Part shown: positions 9,409-18,311 of the stretch, one piece after another
Layout: each line of letters starts with the position of its first letter
How positions within the stretch are numbered: position 1 is the stretch's first letter
DNA from: Parcubacteria group bacterium
Lineage (GTDB): Bacteria; Patescibacteriota; Minisyncoccia; Phycocordibacterales; UBA2135
Length of the DNA: 64,000 nt
Direction of reading: 5' to 3'
Assembly: GCA_016180525.1 (NCBI GenBank)
Contig: JACPBB010000002.1
Span: 345,980-409,979 of the forward strand
Position numbers and translations under genes: made by a program
The notes under the pieces: model-generated
The model's input: the letters and a program-made list of their open reading frames with translations, nothing else
What the model was told of the DNA's origin: nothing
Databases searched by the model: none

Positions 9409-11193
9409 ATGAATAATATTCGCAACTTCAGTATTATTGCTCACATTGATCATGGAAAATCTACCTTAGCGGATAGGATGCTTGAAATGACGGGTACGAT
9501 TGAAAAAAGAAAAATGAAAGAGCAGGTGCTTGATTCAATGGAGCTTGAGCGCGAACGCGGCATTACTATCAAACTTGCTCCTGTGAGAATGTCCTACGAT
9601 CTAAATGCTAAACGCTATACCCTTAATTTAATTGATACCCCAGGGCATATAGATTTTTCATATGAAGTTTCTCGTGCCCTAAAGGCCGTTGATGGAGCGG
9701 TATTGCTTGTTGATGCTACTCAAGGGGTACAAGCGCAGACGCTCTCTACCCTTGATACCGCACGGAACATGGGTCTTGTCATTATTCCTGTTGTTTCAAA
9801 AATAGATTCTTCGCTCGCAAAAATACCCGAAGTAAAAAAAGAATTAGCGACATTGCTTAAGTGTCCTATTGAGTCTGTACTCGCCGTATCTGGAAAAACG
9901 GGTGAAGGAGTGCATGAACTGTTAAAAGCAATTATTGAACGGGTGCCCTCTCCGAAGAGTGAAGAACAAGCGGGGCTTCAGGGACTTGTATTTGATTTTA
10001 GTTACTCAAATCATCGCGGGATTATTGTGTATGTGCGAGTATTTAATGGAGCCATAAAAAAAGGAGACACGTTACTTTTTAAAGTTACCAATGAAAAATT
10101 CACTGTTCTTGAAACGGGAGTTTTTATTCCAGAGGAAAAATCAGTTGAAACCCTTTCTGCGGGAGAGACCGGCTACATTGTAACGGGAATAAAAAAAATG
10201 GATAAAGCAGTCGTGGGGGATACAATTGTTGAGTTTAAAAATCCGCTACCTGCGCTTCCGGGCTACGAGGATCCACCACCCGTTGTCTGGGCATCCGTAT
10301 ATCCTCAAAGCCAAGATGACTTTGACTTGTTAAAAAATTCTTTATTTCGTCTTAAGCTTTCAGATTCAGCCCTTTCATTTTCCGAAGAACAGTCAGGTTC
10401 GCTTGGCAGGGGATTTCGGTGTGGTTTTTTGGGGATGCTTCATTTGGAGATTGTTGTGGAGCGGCTTAAGCGAGAATTTAACGTGTCGCTTATTGTTACG
10501 GCTCCGTCTATCGTCTATGAGATTGAGCGGATAGATGGGGGGAGAGAGAAAATTTATTCCGCGTCGCAACTCCCCGAAGAGCATACTTTTACGAAAATTT
10601 ATGAGCCATGGGCGCGTCTTACCATAATTACACCGCAAAACTATGTCGGGGATATTGTTCAGATTTTACACAAACACGAAGGAGTTATGGGAGAAACCCA
10701 CACGTTTGGAGACAGTCGTGTGTCATTTGAGGTGGAGATGCCCCTGCGGGAGCTTATGCGAAATTTTTTTGATGAGCTCAAGCGAGTTTCTTCCGGCTTT
10801 GCGTCGTTTTCATACAAGATTGCTGACGTTAGGGGGGCGGATATTGTGAAACTTGAAATGCTTGTTGCCGAGGAGATGCAGCCCGCGTTTTCCACTATTG
10901 TGCCACGTGCTCGGGCGCAGGAAGACGCAAAAAAACTCACAGATCGGCTTTATACTCTTTTGCCAAGGCAGTTATTTCCGATTAAAATTCAGGCAAAAGG
11001 AATGGGGAGAATTCTGTCGTCAAAAACACTTCCGGCTCTTAAAAAAGATGTGACCGGCTATTTATACGGAGGAGATATTACAAGAAAGCGCAAATTGTGG
11101 GAAAAACAGAAAAAAGGCAAGAAAAAACTACAAGCGCGCGGGACGGTGGAGATACCGCACGATGTCTTTTTGAAGATGGTAAAACGGGAGTAA
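9409..11193 (+). CDS. lepA: Elongation factor 4 (LepA)
   Basis: IRNFSIIAHIDHGKSTLADR, DTPGH, GFLGMLHLEI and YGGDITRKRKL motifs; start taken at MNNIRNF. Confidence 0.97.
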   Translation: MNNIRNFSIIAHIDHGKSTLADRMLEMTGTIEKRKMKEQVLDSMELERERGITIKLAPVRMSYDLNAKRYTLNLIDTPGHIDFSYEVSRALKAVDGAVLLVDATQGVQAQTLSTLDTARNMGLVIIPVVSKIDSSLAKIPEVKKELATLLKCPIESVLAVSGKTGEGVHELLKAIIERVPSPKSEEQAGLQGLVFDFSYSNHRGIIVYVRVFNGAIKKGDTLLFKVTNEKFTVLETGVFIPEEKSVETLSAGETGYIVTGIKKMDKAVVGDTIVEFKNPLPALPGYEDPPPVVWASVYPQSQDDFDLLKNSLFRLKLSDSALSFSEEQSGSLGRGFRCGFLGMLHLEIVVERLKREFNVSLIVTAPSIVYEIERIDGGREKIYSASQLPEEHTFTKIYEPWARLTIITPQNYVGDIVQILHKHEGVMGETHTFGDSRVSFEVEMPLRELMRNFFDELKRVSSGFASFSYKIADVRGADIVKLEMLVAEEMQPAFSTIVPRARAQEDAKKLTDRLYTLLPRQLFPIKIQAKGMGRILSSKTLPALKKDVTGYLYGGDITRKRKLWEKQKKGKKKLQARGTVEIPHDVFLKMVKRE

Positions 11194-11252
11194 GAAAATA
11201 CGAGAATGTTTTGCCATGTTCTTTATACTACTAACCCCAAACACCACATCTC

Positions 11253-11308
11253 GTCCCGTAGCTGACGTGGAGCGTCATGGTACTGGGATGGTAAAACGAG
11301 ATAACTAG
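11253..11308 (+). pseudogene. Inverted copy of the 38-bp element followed by a dead lepA 3' end
   Basis: 11253-11290 is the reverse complement of 9351-9388 (1 mismatch); atggtaaaacgagataactag (MVKRDN*) mirrors the lepA end (MVKRE*). Confidence 0.75.
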
Positions 11309-11333
11309 GAGTTGAATTTTAGTAGCTAGTGGA

Positions 11334-11438
11334 TTAGAAAATAGGGGTGTAAAGGAAAAGCATACTGATAATAACAAGTATTCCAAGTCCTATCCATACA
11401 TTTCGCACCATTTTTCTATTCTTTTTTCCGAGAAACAT
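11334..11438 (-). CDS. 34-aa single-pass membrane peptide (below ORF-track cut-off)
   Basis: MFLGKKNRKMVRNVWIGLGILVIISMLFLYTPIF*: basic N-terminus then one TM helix. Confidence 0.6.
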   Translation of the reverse strand: MFLGKKNRKMVRNVWIGLGILVIISMLFLYTPIF

Positions 11439-11477
11439 GCCAAAAATTGAGGAGCGGAGCGACTGCAATTTTTGAGC

Positions 11478-11624
11478 ACCCCGCACCTATTTTATTAAGA
11501 AATTATTTCTATAATATATAATATTACTACGAAAAAATATTTTTGCAAAGCGCGGGGCCGAATAGGCCAACCCTCATTACGCGAAGCGCTTTGCCACAAA
11601 ATACCTGCAAAATAGGTGCAGGGT
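11478..11624. repeat. MITE-like element with terminal inverted repeats
   Basis: accccgcacctatttt ... aaaataggtgcagggt. Confidence 0.65.
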
Positions 11625-11649
11625 ATGGTTTTGCGATATAATATTACTA

Positions 11650-12054
11650 ATGGACGACTTTAAAAGAAGAACCAGAATAAGAAAAATTATTTATTCGCCC
11701 TTTACGGTAAGCGCGCTTTTAATACTTATTTTTTTTGTTGGGCATGCCACAATCAAAACCTTAGAAACATATCTTGAGACACGAGAGAATTATAAGGCGG
11801 CACTTGGTGAATTTGAAAAACTTGAAAACCGAAAAGAAAACATTGAAAACAGAATTGAAATGTTAAGTACCGAAAGGGGAATAGAAGAAGAAATCAGGAA
11901 CAAGTTTGGTTTTATAAAAGAAGGGGAGGAGGTTGTGATTATCGTTGAGCCTCCTAACTCACTCGATAACCCTCAAAAACAAAAAGAAGAGAAAGAAACG
12001 AAGGATAGTGTAATAAAAAACATTTTTGAATCAATTTTAAATATTTTTAGATAA
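11650..12054 (+). CDS. Septum formation initiator family protein (FtsB/DivIC-like)
   Basis: N-terminal TM, coiled coil, IEEEIRNKFGFIKEGE motif. Confidence 0.8.
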   Translation: MDDFKRRTRIRKIIYSPFTVSALLILIFFVGHATIKTLETYLETRENYKAALGEFEKLENRKENIENRIEMLSTERGIEEEIRNKFGFIKEGEEVVIIVEPPNSLDNPQKQKEEKETKDSVIKNIFESILNIFR

Positions 12055-12246
12055 ATACTTAGTATGAAGCGTGCCGTCAAATTTTTTAAAATAAGCACTG
12101 CTCGCTAAAAGAATTAGTGGGGGCGTTATTGTTTTTTTAGAATATATACGACAGATGCATTGATAAAGATTTGAAACAAAATTCTTTTAGAAACAAAAAA
12201 TGCCACAGCATCGAAATCCGTGGCACATAAATGATTGGGTGGCGTG

Positions 12247-12513
12247 TCAGTTGCTGCTGCCCTTGTGTGTGACCGTAAATATTTCGCCCGCTATCATTGT
12301 ACGTTCCTGATCAGGAACCCCACGAGTCGGCCTCACCCACACAGTTCTACATTTCTCTGAGATGGTAAGACCAGGACATGGAGCTTTTTCCCAGAAGCCA
12401 GTAGTTGAGTCATACACGTCATTTTTCATAATGATGTCACCGGGCTCTAGCCGATACCCGTAAATACCAATTGAGCTCTCCGGATGACGATGGATAGATT
12501 CCTTTGAAATCAT
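12247..12513 (-). CDS. Hypothetical protein
   Basis: 88-aa ORF with TTGACT upstream and a hairpin plus T-tract downstream. Confidence 0.55.
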   Translation of the reverse strand: MISKESIHRHPESSIGIYGYRLEPGDIIMKNDVYDSTTGFWEKAPCPGLTISEKCRTVWVRPTRGVPDQERTMIAGEIFTVTHKGSSN

Positions 12514-12588
12514 GGGTGTTTTCTCTATGCTAGCGTCTGCGTCATTTATATTCTATCTAACTTTCAAAGTCAATGTCCTAGATTTTGA

Positions 12589-12812
12589 TGCGAGTAGCGG
12601 GAATCGAACCCGCGTCCTTTGCTTCGCCCCAAATGCAAAATTGCTCTCTTGATGCGGAATACGAGAATCGAACTCGTGTCTACTGCTTGGGAAGCAGTCA
12701 TTTTACCACTAAACTAATTCCGCAATTTTACAACGGGATTCTCAAAAAATATATTCTCGCCAGTCATTATTTTTTGGAAGAAGCAAATGTACTACCACTA
12801 TACTATACTCGC
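12589..12812 (-). pseudogene. Split tRNA-Gly-like gene (5' half 12812-12781, 3' half 12624-12589) with a 156-nt insert in place of the anticodon
   Basis: Halves GCGAGTATAGTATAGTGGTAGTACATTTGCTT and AAGCAAAGGACGCGGGTTCGATTCCCGCTACTCGCA form intact acceptor, D, anticodon and T stems. Confidence 0.85.
12653..12723 (-). tRNA. tRNA-Gly(CCC), nested inside the split tRNA
   Basis: GCGGAAT..ACTGC-TT-CCC-AA-GCAGT..GTTCGATTC..ATTCCGCA cloverleaf. Confidence 0.93.
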
Positions 12813-12820
12813 AGAATTGA

Positions 12821-12893
12821 TGGACCGTACCGGATTTGAACCGGTCGCCTCTTCCATGCCATGGAAGCGCTCTACCAAATGAGCTAACGGCCC
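12821..12893 (-). tRNA. tRNA-Ala(GGC)
   Basis: CTTCC-AT-GGC-AT-GGAAG anticodon arm; G3:U70 pair. Confidence 0.95.
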
Positions 12894-12915
12894 CCATCAG
12901 AGATAATACTGTATG

Positions 12916-15573
12916 TTATGTTTTTCTGTAAAGCCACTTTGCTCCTTCAACAAGCAAAATATTTATTGCTATCCAAGCGAGTAATCCTAACAGCCAAAAT
13001 GGAGAAAGTGGGACGGTTTTGAAAATCTTTTGAAGAGGCGTGACATATATTGTTGCTCCGATAAGAGCAATTCCCGCCGCAACACTCCATGTCAGAAATT
13101 TGTTTGAGAATAATGTATATGAAAACAGAGGTTTTTTTAAACTCCTAAAAGAAAATGCGACGAATAATATGTATGAGGCAAAACAGGCAAAAAGAAATGT
13201 TTTTGCAATCTCCTCATTAACATTAAAATAGAACAGCCCGTAGTACAAAGCAAACAAAAGAAACGAAGAAAAAACTCCGACCACTAATGTCAAAAATTTC
13301 ACTTCAGCGTTTAAAATTTTTCTGTCCTCTTCCGCCCTACCCGTTACATCAAGGCTATTTTCAAATGCAAAAGAAAGCGAGGGTAAACTACCGGTAAAAA
13401 AATTAACCCAAATAATCTGAAGTGCGGTAAGCGGCAGGGGGAGCCCCGCGAGAAGACTCATGCCGATAAGCACGACCTCATCTAAAGAGTTTGACATTAA
13501 ATATACAAATGATTTTCTTATATTTCCCAATATTCTCTTTCCCTCCTCAATCGCCGCGACAATAGTATTAAAATTATCATTGAGCAAAACCAAATCTGCG
13601 ACATCTTTAGCCACATCACTTCCAGAGCCGACCGCTACTCCAATATCAACCGCCTTGAGAGACGGAGCGTCATTTACACCATCACCGGTCATGGCCACGA
13701 TTTCTCCTTTTTGTTTATATAAAAGCCCGATACGCAGCTTGTCTTCCGGAGTTACTCGAGCGAATATTTTTATTTTGTCTAGATTTTCAAGTAGTTCTTT
13801 ATCGGAGAGTTTTTCTAAGCCTTCTCCAGTTAATATTTCTCCCGGAGAAATGTTCCATCCGATTTCTTTTGCGATAGAACGCGCTGTTCCGCTGAGGTCT
13901 CCTGTTGCCATAACCACCTTGATTCCGTAATGTTCCATTTGTTTTATGGCGTTTGGAATTTCAGGACGTACTGGGTCGTAGAACGCCAGAATACCTAAAA
14001 ATTGAAGATTTTTTATATCTGCCGCTTGAACTTGAGTGGGATTTTTTAGCCGCTTATCTACAGCTTTTATGGCAATGCCTAAAATGCGCTTTCCTTCCTC
14101 ACTTAACTTTTCAATGGTTTCCAGGGCTTTTATGTACTCTTCTTTTTTTAAATCCGATTGTTTCAGAAGAATATCCGGAGCTCCCAACACTGCAAGAAAG
14201 TCTTCCCGCGCGGCGCTTTTAATGGTAAATGTTTTTGACTCGCGCACATACGCGGCAGAAAATTTATTTTTTGAATTAAACGGAAGGACTGAGTAAAATT
14301 CCTTTTTTTTGAATATAGAGAGAACGTCTATACCTTGTGCTGCCGCGGCTTTTACAATTTGTGTTTCAAGAGGCCTCCCGGAGAGGCGCCATTTTTCTTT
14401 TGACTCCTCGGGATTTTCTATAAGGACATTTACGTTTGAAAGGGCAAGGGTTAGAATTTCTTTTTCAGGAGGACTTAATTGGGTTATCGGTTTGTGGTCT
14501 TTCGTTTTTCCAAAAATTACATGTTCTGCGATTGCCACATCTACAAGTTCCATGTGTGCCCGTGTCAGAGTTCCGGTTTTATCGGTCATAATGAGAGTCG
14601 TTGACCCCAAAGTTTCTGCGGCGGCGAGATTTCTTACAACACCCTTTCGTCGAGCGAGCCGCTCTACTCCTACGGCAAGAATTACGGTGAGCGCAATAGG
14701 TAAAGACTCGGGAATCGCGCCAACTGCTACGGCGGCTGAAATTAAAAACATATCAAAAAATGTTTCACCTCGAGTAATGCCAAGAATAAAAATGCCTACG
14801 ACCACAGCAGAGGCAAGCCCCGCAATGACCCATGCAAGTTTTGAGACCGCCAGTTGAAGTGGTGTCTTTTGCCGCTTTGTTTCGGAAACAAGAGCCGCGA
14901 TTTTTCCTATTTCCGTGTTTCTACCCGTTGCGGTTATGACTCCAACCCCGAATCCCTCAACGATAAGCGTGCCGCCAAATACCATGTTTTTTCTTTCATG
15001 AATTCCAGCCGACTCAGAAATGAGGTCAAGATTTTTTGTCACAGGCATTGCTTCTCCGGTAAGAATTGATTCATCAACGGCAAGTTCTTTTACTGACAGA
15101 AGCCGTGTATCTGCCGGTACCCGTGTTCCGTAAGAAAGATGAATAATATCTCCCGCTACTATTTGCTCGGCGTCCAGTTCATGCTCCTCTCCGTCGCGGA
15201 TTATTCGCGCTCGTTCTTTGATATAGAGCGTTAGCCGTAGAAGCGCCTCTTCCGCTCTATTTTCTTGATAAAATCCCAAAATTGCATTTACGGCAAGTGC
15301 GAGGAATATGACAGTCGCGTCAATCCATTTGTGCAGGTATAAGGTAAGGCCTCCGGCGATAATCAGTATAAAAATAAGAGGGCTTTTAAATTGGGCAAGA
15401 AATATTGTGAGACGGGTGAGCCGCCGTTTTTTTCCGAATACGTTGTAACCGAAAACCTTGAGTCGTCTCTCGGCTTCTGTTTTTGTTAGTCCATCTTCGT
15501 GGCTTTGAAGTTCATTCAGTGATTCCTGTGTGGTTAAGGCCCAGAATGGTTTTTGTATTACGTTTTTATCCAT
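12916..15573 (-). CDS. P-type cation (Ca2+-like, type II) ATPase
   Basis: DESILTGE, IPESLP, DKTGTLT, TGDGVNDAP motifs. Confidence 0.93.
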   Translation of the reverse strand: MDKNVIQKPFWALTTQESLNELQSHEDGLTKTEAERRLKVFGYNVFGKKRRLTRLTIFLAQFKSPLIFILIIAGGLTLYLHKWIDATVIFLALAVNAILGFYQENRAEEALLRLTLYIKERARIIRDGEEHELDAEQIVAGDIIHLSYGTRVPADTRLLSVKELAVDESILTGEAMPVTKNLDLISESAGIHERKNMVFGGTLIVEGFGVGVITATGRNTEIGKIAALVSETKRQKTPLQLAVSKLAWVIAGLASAVVVGIFILGITRGETFFDMFLISAAVAVGAIPESLPIALTVILAVGVERLARRKGVVRNLAAAETLGSTTLIMTDKTGTLTRAHMELVDVAIAEHVIFGKTKDHKPITQLSPPEKEILTLALSNVNVLIENPEESKEKWRLSGRPLETQIVKAAAAQGIDVLSIFKKKEFYSVLPFNSKNKFSAAYVRESKTFTIKSAAREDFLAVLGAPDILLKQSDLKKEEYIKALETIEKLSEEGKRILGIAIKAVDKRLKNPTQVQAADIKNLQFLGILAFYDPVRPEIPNAIKQMEHYGIKVVMATGDLSGTARSIAKEIGWNISPGEILTGEGLEKLSDKELLENLDKIKIFARVTPEDKLRIGLLYKQKGEIVAMTGDGVNDAPSLKAVDIGVAVGSGSDVAKDVADLVLLNDNFNTIVAAIEEGKRILGNIRKSFVYLMSNSLDEVVLIGMSLLAGLPLPLTALQIIWVNFFTGSLPSLSFAFENSLDVTGRAEEDRKILNAEVKFLTLVVGVFSSFLLFALYYGLFYFNVNEEIAKTFLFACFASYILFVAFSFRSLKKPLFSYTLFSNKFLTWSVAAGIALIGATIYVTPLQKIFKTVPLSPFWLLGLLAWIAINILLVEGAKWLYRKT

Positions 15574-15705
15574 ATTTTGCGTATTTCTCTATTTTCTCAC
15601 GGATACAACTATTAAAAAAGCCCCACTTTAAATGTTTGGGAAGGGCTTTACAGGTGAAATGATATGTAGAAAGTTTATCAATCTTCAAGAGTGAGACTGT
15701 ATTCT

Positions 15706-15966
15706 TTAAGACTTGTCCGCGAAGAGCTGAGCAATTCGACGATTGAGCTCCTCCGAAACCTTAGGAAAGGGATGCTCGTCATCCATCTCTATTCTTTCAA
15801 AATTTGGGTCTGTTCGCATATTTAACATCTGGGGAGCATATTCCTCATAGACACCGGACTCAAGAGTTACTCCGTAACAAGGAGGGTTGCCCCCAGTCAT
15901 TGTTTTTCCAGGAACATCTACAAGAGCCACTCCATGCAAGGGCGCAAACTCAACATATATTTTCAT
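15706..15966 (-). CDS. Hypothetical protein
   Basis: 86-aa ORF, AGAAAGG SD-like site, AT-rich promoter upstream. Confidence 0.55.
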   Translation of the reverse strand: MKIYVEFAPLHGVALVDVPGKTMTGGNPPCYGVTLESGVYEEYAPQMLNMRTDPNFERIEMDDEHPFPKVSEELNRRIAQLFADKS

Positions 15967-16127
15967 GATAGGATAACCTTTCTGATTTGTTCAGCTGTTT
16001 TAACTAGTTAAATTTTAACATACTCAAAGGAAAAAGCAAGTTTTTGTAAAAGTAGTTCTCCTTTAGTGCATCATATATTATGTATGTTATAATGACATTA
16101 TTATAAAAAGTCATAATACTTATTTTT

Positions 16128-16367
16128 ATGGACAAAAAAGTGGTTATTTATACGACGCCGACATGCATGTATTGCAAGGCGACTAAAGAATTTTTTAAGG
16201 AAAATAATGTTGCCTATGATGAATTTGACGTCGCGACAGACGCGGAAAAGCGGGAGGAGATGATTCAAAAAAGTGGACAGATGGGCGTGCCAGTCATTTT
16301 TGTGGGGGATAAAATGGTAGTTGGATTTAATAAAGACAAGTTATCGGAACTGTTGAGTATACAATAA
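16128..16367 (+). CDS. Glutaredoxin-like (NrdH-type) protein
   Basis: YTTPTCMYC active site, SGQMGVPVI motif. Confidence 0.92.
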   Translation: MDKKVVIYTTPTCMYCKATKEFFKENNVAYDEFDVATDAEKREEMIQKSGQMGVPVIFVGDKMVVGFNKDKLSELLSIQ

Positions 16368-16407
16368 TAAATAATTCAAAATACCGCTTTGTAGCGGTAT
16401 TTTTAGA

Positions 16408-16479
16408 TGCCCCCAGCATGAATTGAACACGCATTTACCCCTTAGGACGGGGTTGTTCTATCCGTTGAACTATGGGGGC
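16408..16479 (-). tRNA. tRNA-Arg(CCT)
   Basis: ACCCC-GT-CCT-AA-GGGGT arm; GCCCCCA/TGGGGGC acceptor stem. Confidence 0.9.
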
Positions 16480-16525
16480 TGTAATATTTTTACAGTATCA
16501 CATTTGCTATAATAATATAACTGTT

Positions 16526-16819
16526 ATGGATCCCGAAGAACAAAAAATACTTGAGAGAATACTCAAACTTTCAGAGGAAAACAACAAACTCTTGAAAAAA
16601 ATAAACCGTTCTATACAATGGGGGAGGTTTATCCACGCCCTCTATTGGGTCATCATCATTGGCTCCGCAGTAGGCGCGTATTATTTTCTACAGCCGTTTT
16701 TTGATGCATTTACGGGGGCGCTTGGAACAGTTGGCGCTGGCGTAGAGAATTTACAGAAAGTTGGCGGGTCATTGCCTGATATTGGAGGATTGCTTCAACA
16801 ATTTAATATACAGCGATAA
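16526..16819 (+). CDS. Hypothetical single-pass membrane protein
   Basis: MDPEEQKIL.. coiled coil plus TM; the longer ORF-track start overlaps the tRNA. Confidence 0.7.
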   Translation: MDPEEQKILERILKLSEENNKLLKKINRSIQWGRFIHALYWVIIIGSAVGAYYFLQPFFDAFTGALGTVGAGVENLQKVGGSLPDIGGLLQQFNIQR

Positions 16820-16834
16820 AAATGAAATAAACAC

Positions 16835-16901
16835 GCCTGGGTAGCCCCGACGCGCGAAGCGGTCGGGGTCCCGACCGAAGCGTCGGGACTCAGCCTAAGA
16901 G
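16835..16901 (+). pseudogene. tRNA-Phe 5' remnant interrupted by a 44-bp CCGAC/GTCGG element (16845-16888)
   Basis: gcctgggtag-[element]-ctcag matches the first 15 nt of tRNA-Phe at 17169. Confidence 0.8.
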
Positions 16902-16906
16902 TATAC

Positions 16907-17164
16907 ATGGCTTACGTCTATATTTTACAAAACGAGAACGGAAGATATTATGTAGGTAGTACCAGTAATTTAGAAAAACGTATGCAACACCACAGAGGTG
17001 GCTATACTCCGTCAACGAGGAGACTGAAAGCGTTTCAGCTAGTTTTTTCTCAAAAATACGACAGCCTTTTTGAGGCACGAGATATTGAACGAAGATTAAA
17101 AAAGTTAAAGCGTCATGATTATCTTCAAAAAATTATTCGCGATGGTAAAATACAAATGAAATAA
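16907..17164 (+). CDS. Small stand-alone GIY-YIG nuclease
   Basis: YVYIL..YYVGST..R...H..E motif set of the GIY-YIG fold, 85 aa. Confidence 0.9.
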   Translation: MAYVYILQNENGRYYVGSTSNLEKRMQHHRGGYTPSTRRLKAFQLVFSQKYDSLFEARDIERRLKKLKRHDYLQKIIRDGKIQMK

Positions 17165-17168
17165 ACAC

Positions 17169-17241
17169 GCCTGGGTAGCTCAGTTGGTAGAGCGCTTCCC
17201 TGAAGAGGAATAGGTCGCCAGTTCGATTCTGGCCCCAGGCA
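17169..17241 (+). tRNA. tRNA-Phe(GAA)
   Basis: TTCC-CT-GAA-GA-GGAA arm; GCCTGGG/CCCAGGC acceptor stem. Confidence 0.95.
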
Positions 17242-17248
17242 TCAAAAC

Positions 17249-17282
17249 AAAAATCATCCCGACGGCTATCGGGATGATTTTT
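17249..17282. terminator. Intrinsic terminator, near-identical to the one at ~56310
   Basis: aaaaatcatcccgacggctatcgggatgattttt. Confidence 0.75.
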
Positions 17283-17429
17283 TACACTATTTTTCCCACA
17301 CATTTCCTTGACAAATAGAATTTAATATGTTAAGCTTTAGAAACCACTGAAATGTCTTTGGTGGTTTCTTCTAGGGGAAATCCTAGACCCAGATGGTCAT
17401 TGAAGCGACCAAGAGAAGGGAGACAAGAA

Positions 17430-17681
17430 ATGTTCGGTACATCTCAGGAAGCCAAGAAGGAAGGCTGGTTCTCGCGTCGTCACCGTACGAGCGAGGCGCA
17501 CGACAACGTGCGAAATATGCGCGAGAACAAACGGATTGCTAAACTCAAAGACGCGCGCAAACGTAACGAGGCGGCGGCTAACCGTTCGCCCTGTGAGCAG
17601 ATTCGTCGGCTCGACGAGCGACTCGGTTCCGGAATCGGCGCCAAGAAGGAGCGCGCCCGTCTAGGGGCCCTTGTCGGCTAA
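17430..17681 (+). CDS. Small basic hypothetical protein
   Basis: SD AAGGGAG before ATG; TTGACA-17-TAAGCT promoter at 17308-17336. Confidence 0.65.
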   Translation: MFGTSQEAKKEGWFSRRHRTSEAHDNVRNMRENKRIAKLKDARKRNEAAANRSPCEQIRRLDERLGSGIGAKKERARLGALVG

Positions 17682-17741
17682 ATACCCAAAGGACTGAGCA
17701 GGCCAACTGCTTCCCGCTATCTCTTCGGACCTAGCGGGTTT

Positions 17742-18311
17742 TTACTTTTTCTCCACGCGCTCGGTGTATTCGCCAGACTCTGTGTTTACGCGTACAATAT
17801 CTCCTTCCTCAATGAATAAAGGTACTTGTATTTCCATTTTATTTTCAAGCGTTACTTGTTTCGTGCCGCCTTGCACGGTGTTTCCGCGCACAGCGGGCGG
17901 CGCAGAGACGACTTTTAAGTCAACCTTAACTGGAATTTTAAATGTGATGAGTTTGTCGCTAAAAAAGAGTGCCTCCACATTTGTGTTTGCTCTTAAAAAT
18001 TTTCCTTGCGGCCCCACGACTTCTTCTGAATACGAAAAACGATTTTTTGGGTTTCCGGGTTCGCAAAACCAATATATCCCCCGATTTTCATAAAGATATG
18101 TAAATGTCTGCACAGGCAAATCTGCTTCCACTGCCGTTTCCGACTGATGGAACGAACGCTCGGTTACTTTTCCGGTCATAAGGTTTTTCAGCTTTGTCTG
18201 ATTAACCGGCTTTCGCTGTTGTTTTCTAAATACATGCGAATCAAGCACCTCATAGGGTTCACCATCAAGTACAATGATTTTTTTGTTTGTGATTTCGTTG
18301 TAATTTAACAT
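17742..18311 (-). CDS. efp: Elongation factor P
   Basis: LDGEPYEV, PPAVRGNT, QVPLFIEEGDIVRVNT..GEYTER motifs. Confidence 0.95.
   Translation of the reverse strand: MLNYNEITNKKIIVLDGEPYEVLDSHVFRKQQRKPVNQTKLKNLMTGKVTERSFHQSETAVEADLPVQTFTYLYENRGIYWFCEPGNPKNRFSYSEEVVGPQGKFLRANTNVEALFFSDKLITFKIPVKVDLKVVSAPPAVRGNTVQGGTKQVTLENKMEIQVPLFIEEGDIVRVNTESGEYTERVEKK

Noticed and set aside
12625-12780. Group I or archaeal-type tRNA intron
   Set aside because: Only ~85 nt remain outside the inner tRNA, with no P7 core or bulge-helix-bulge, and no excision restores a Gly anticodon.
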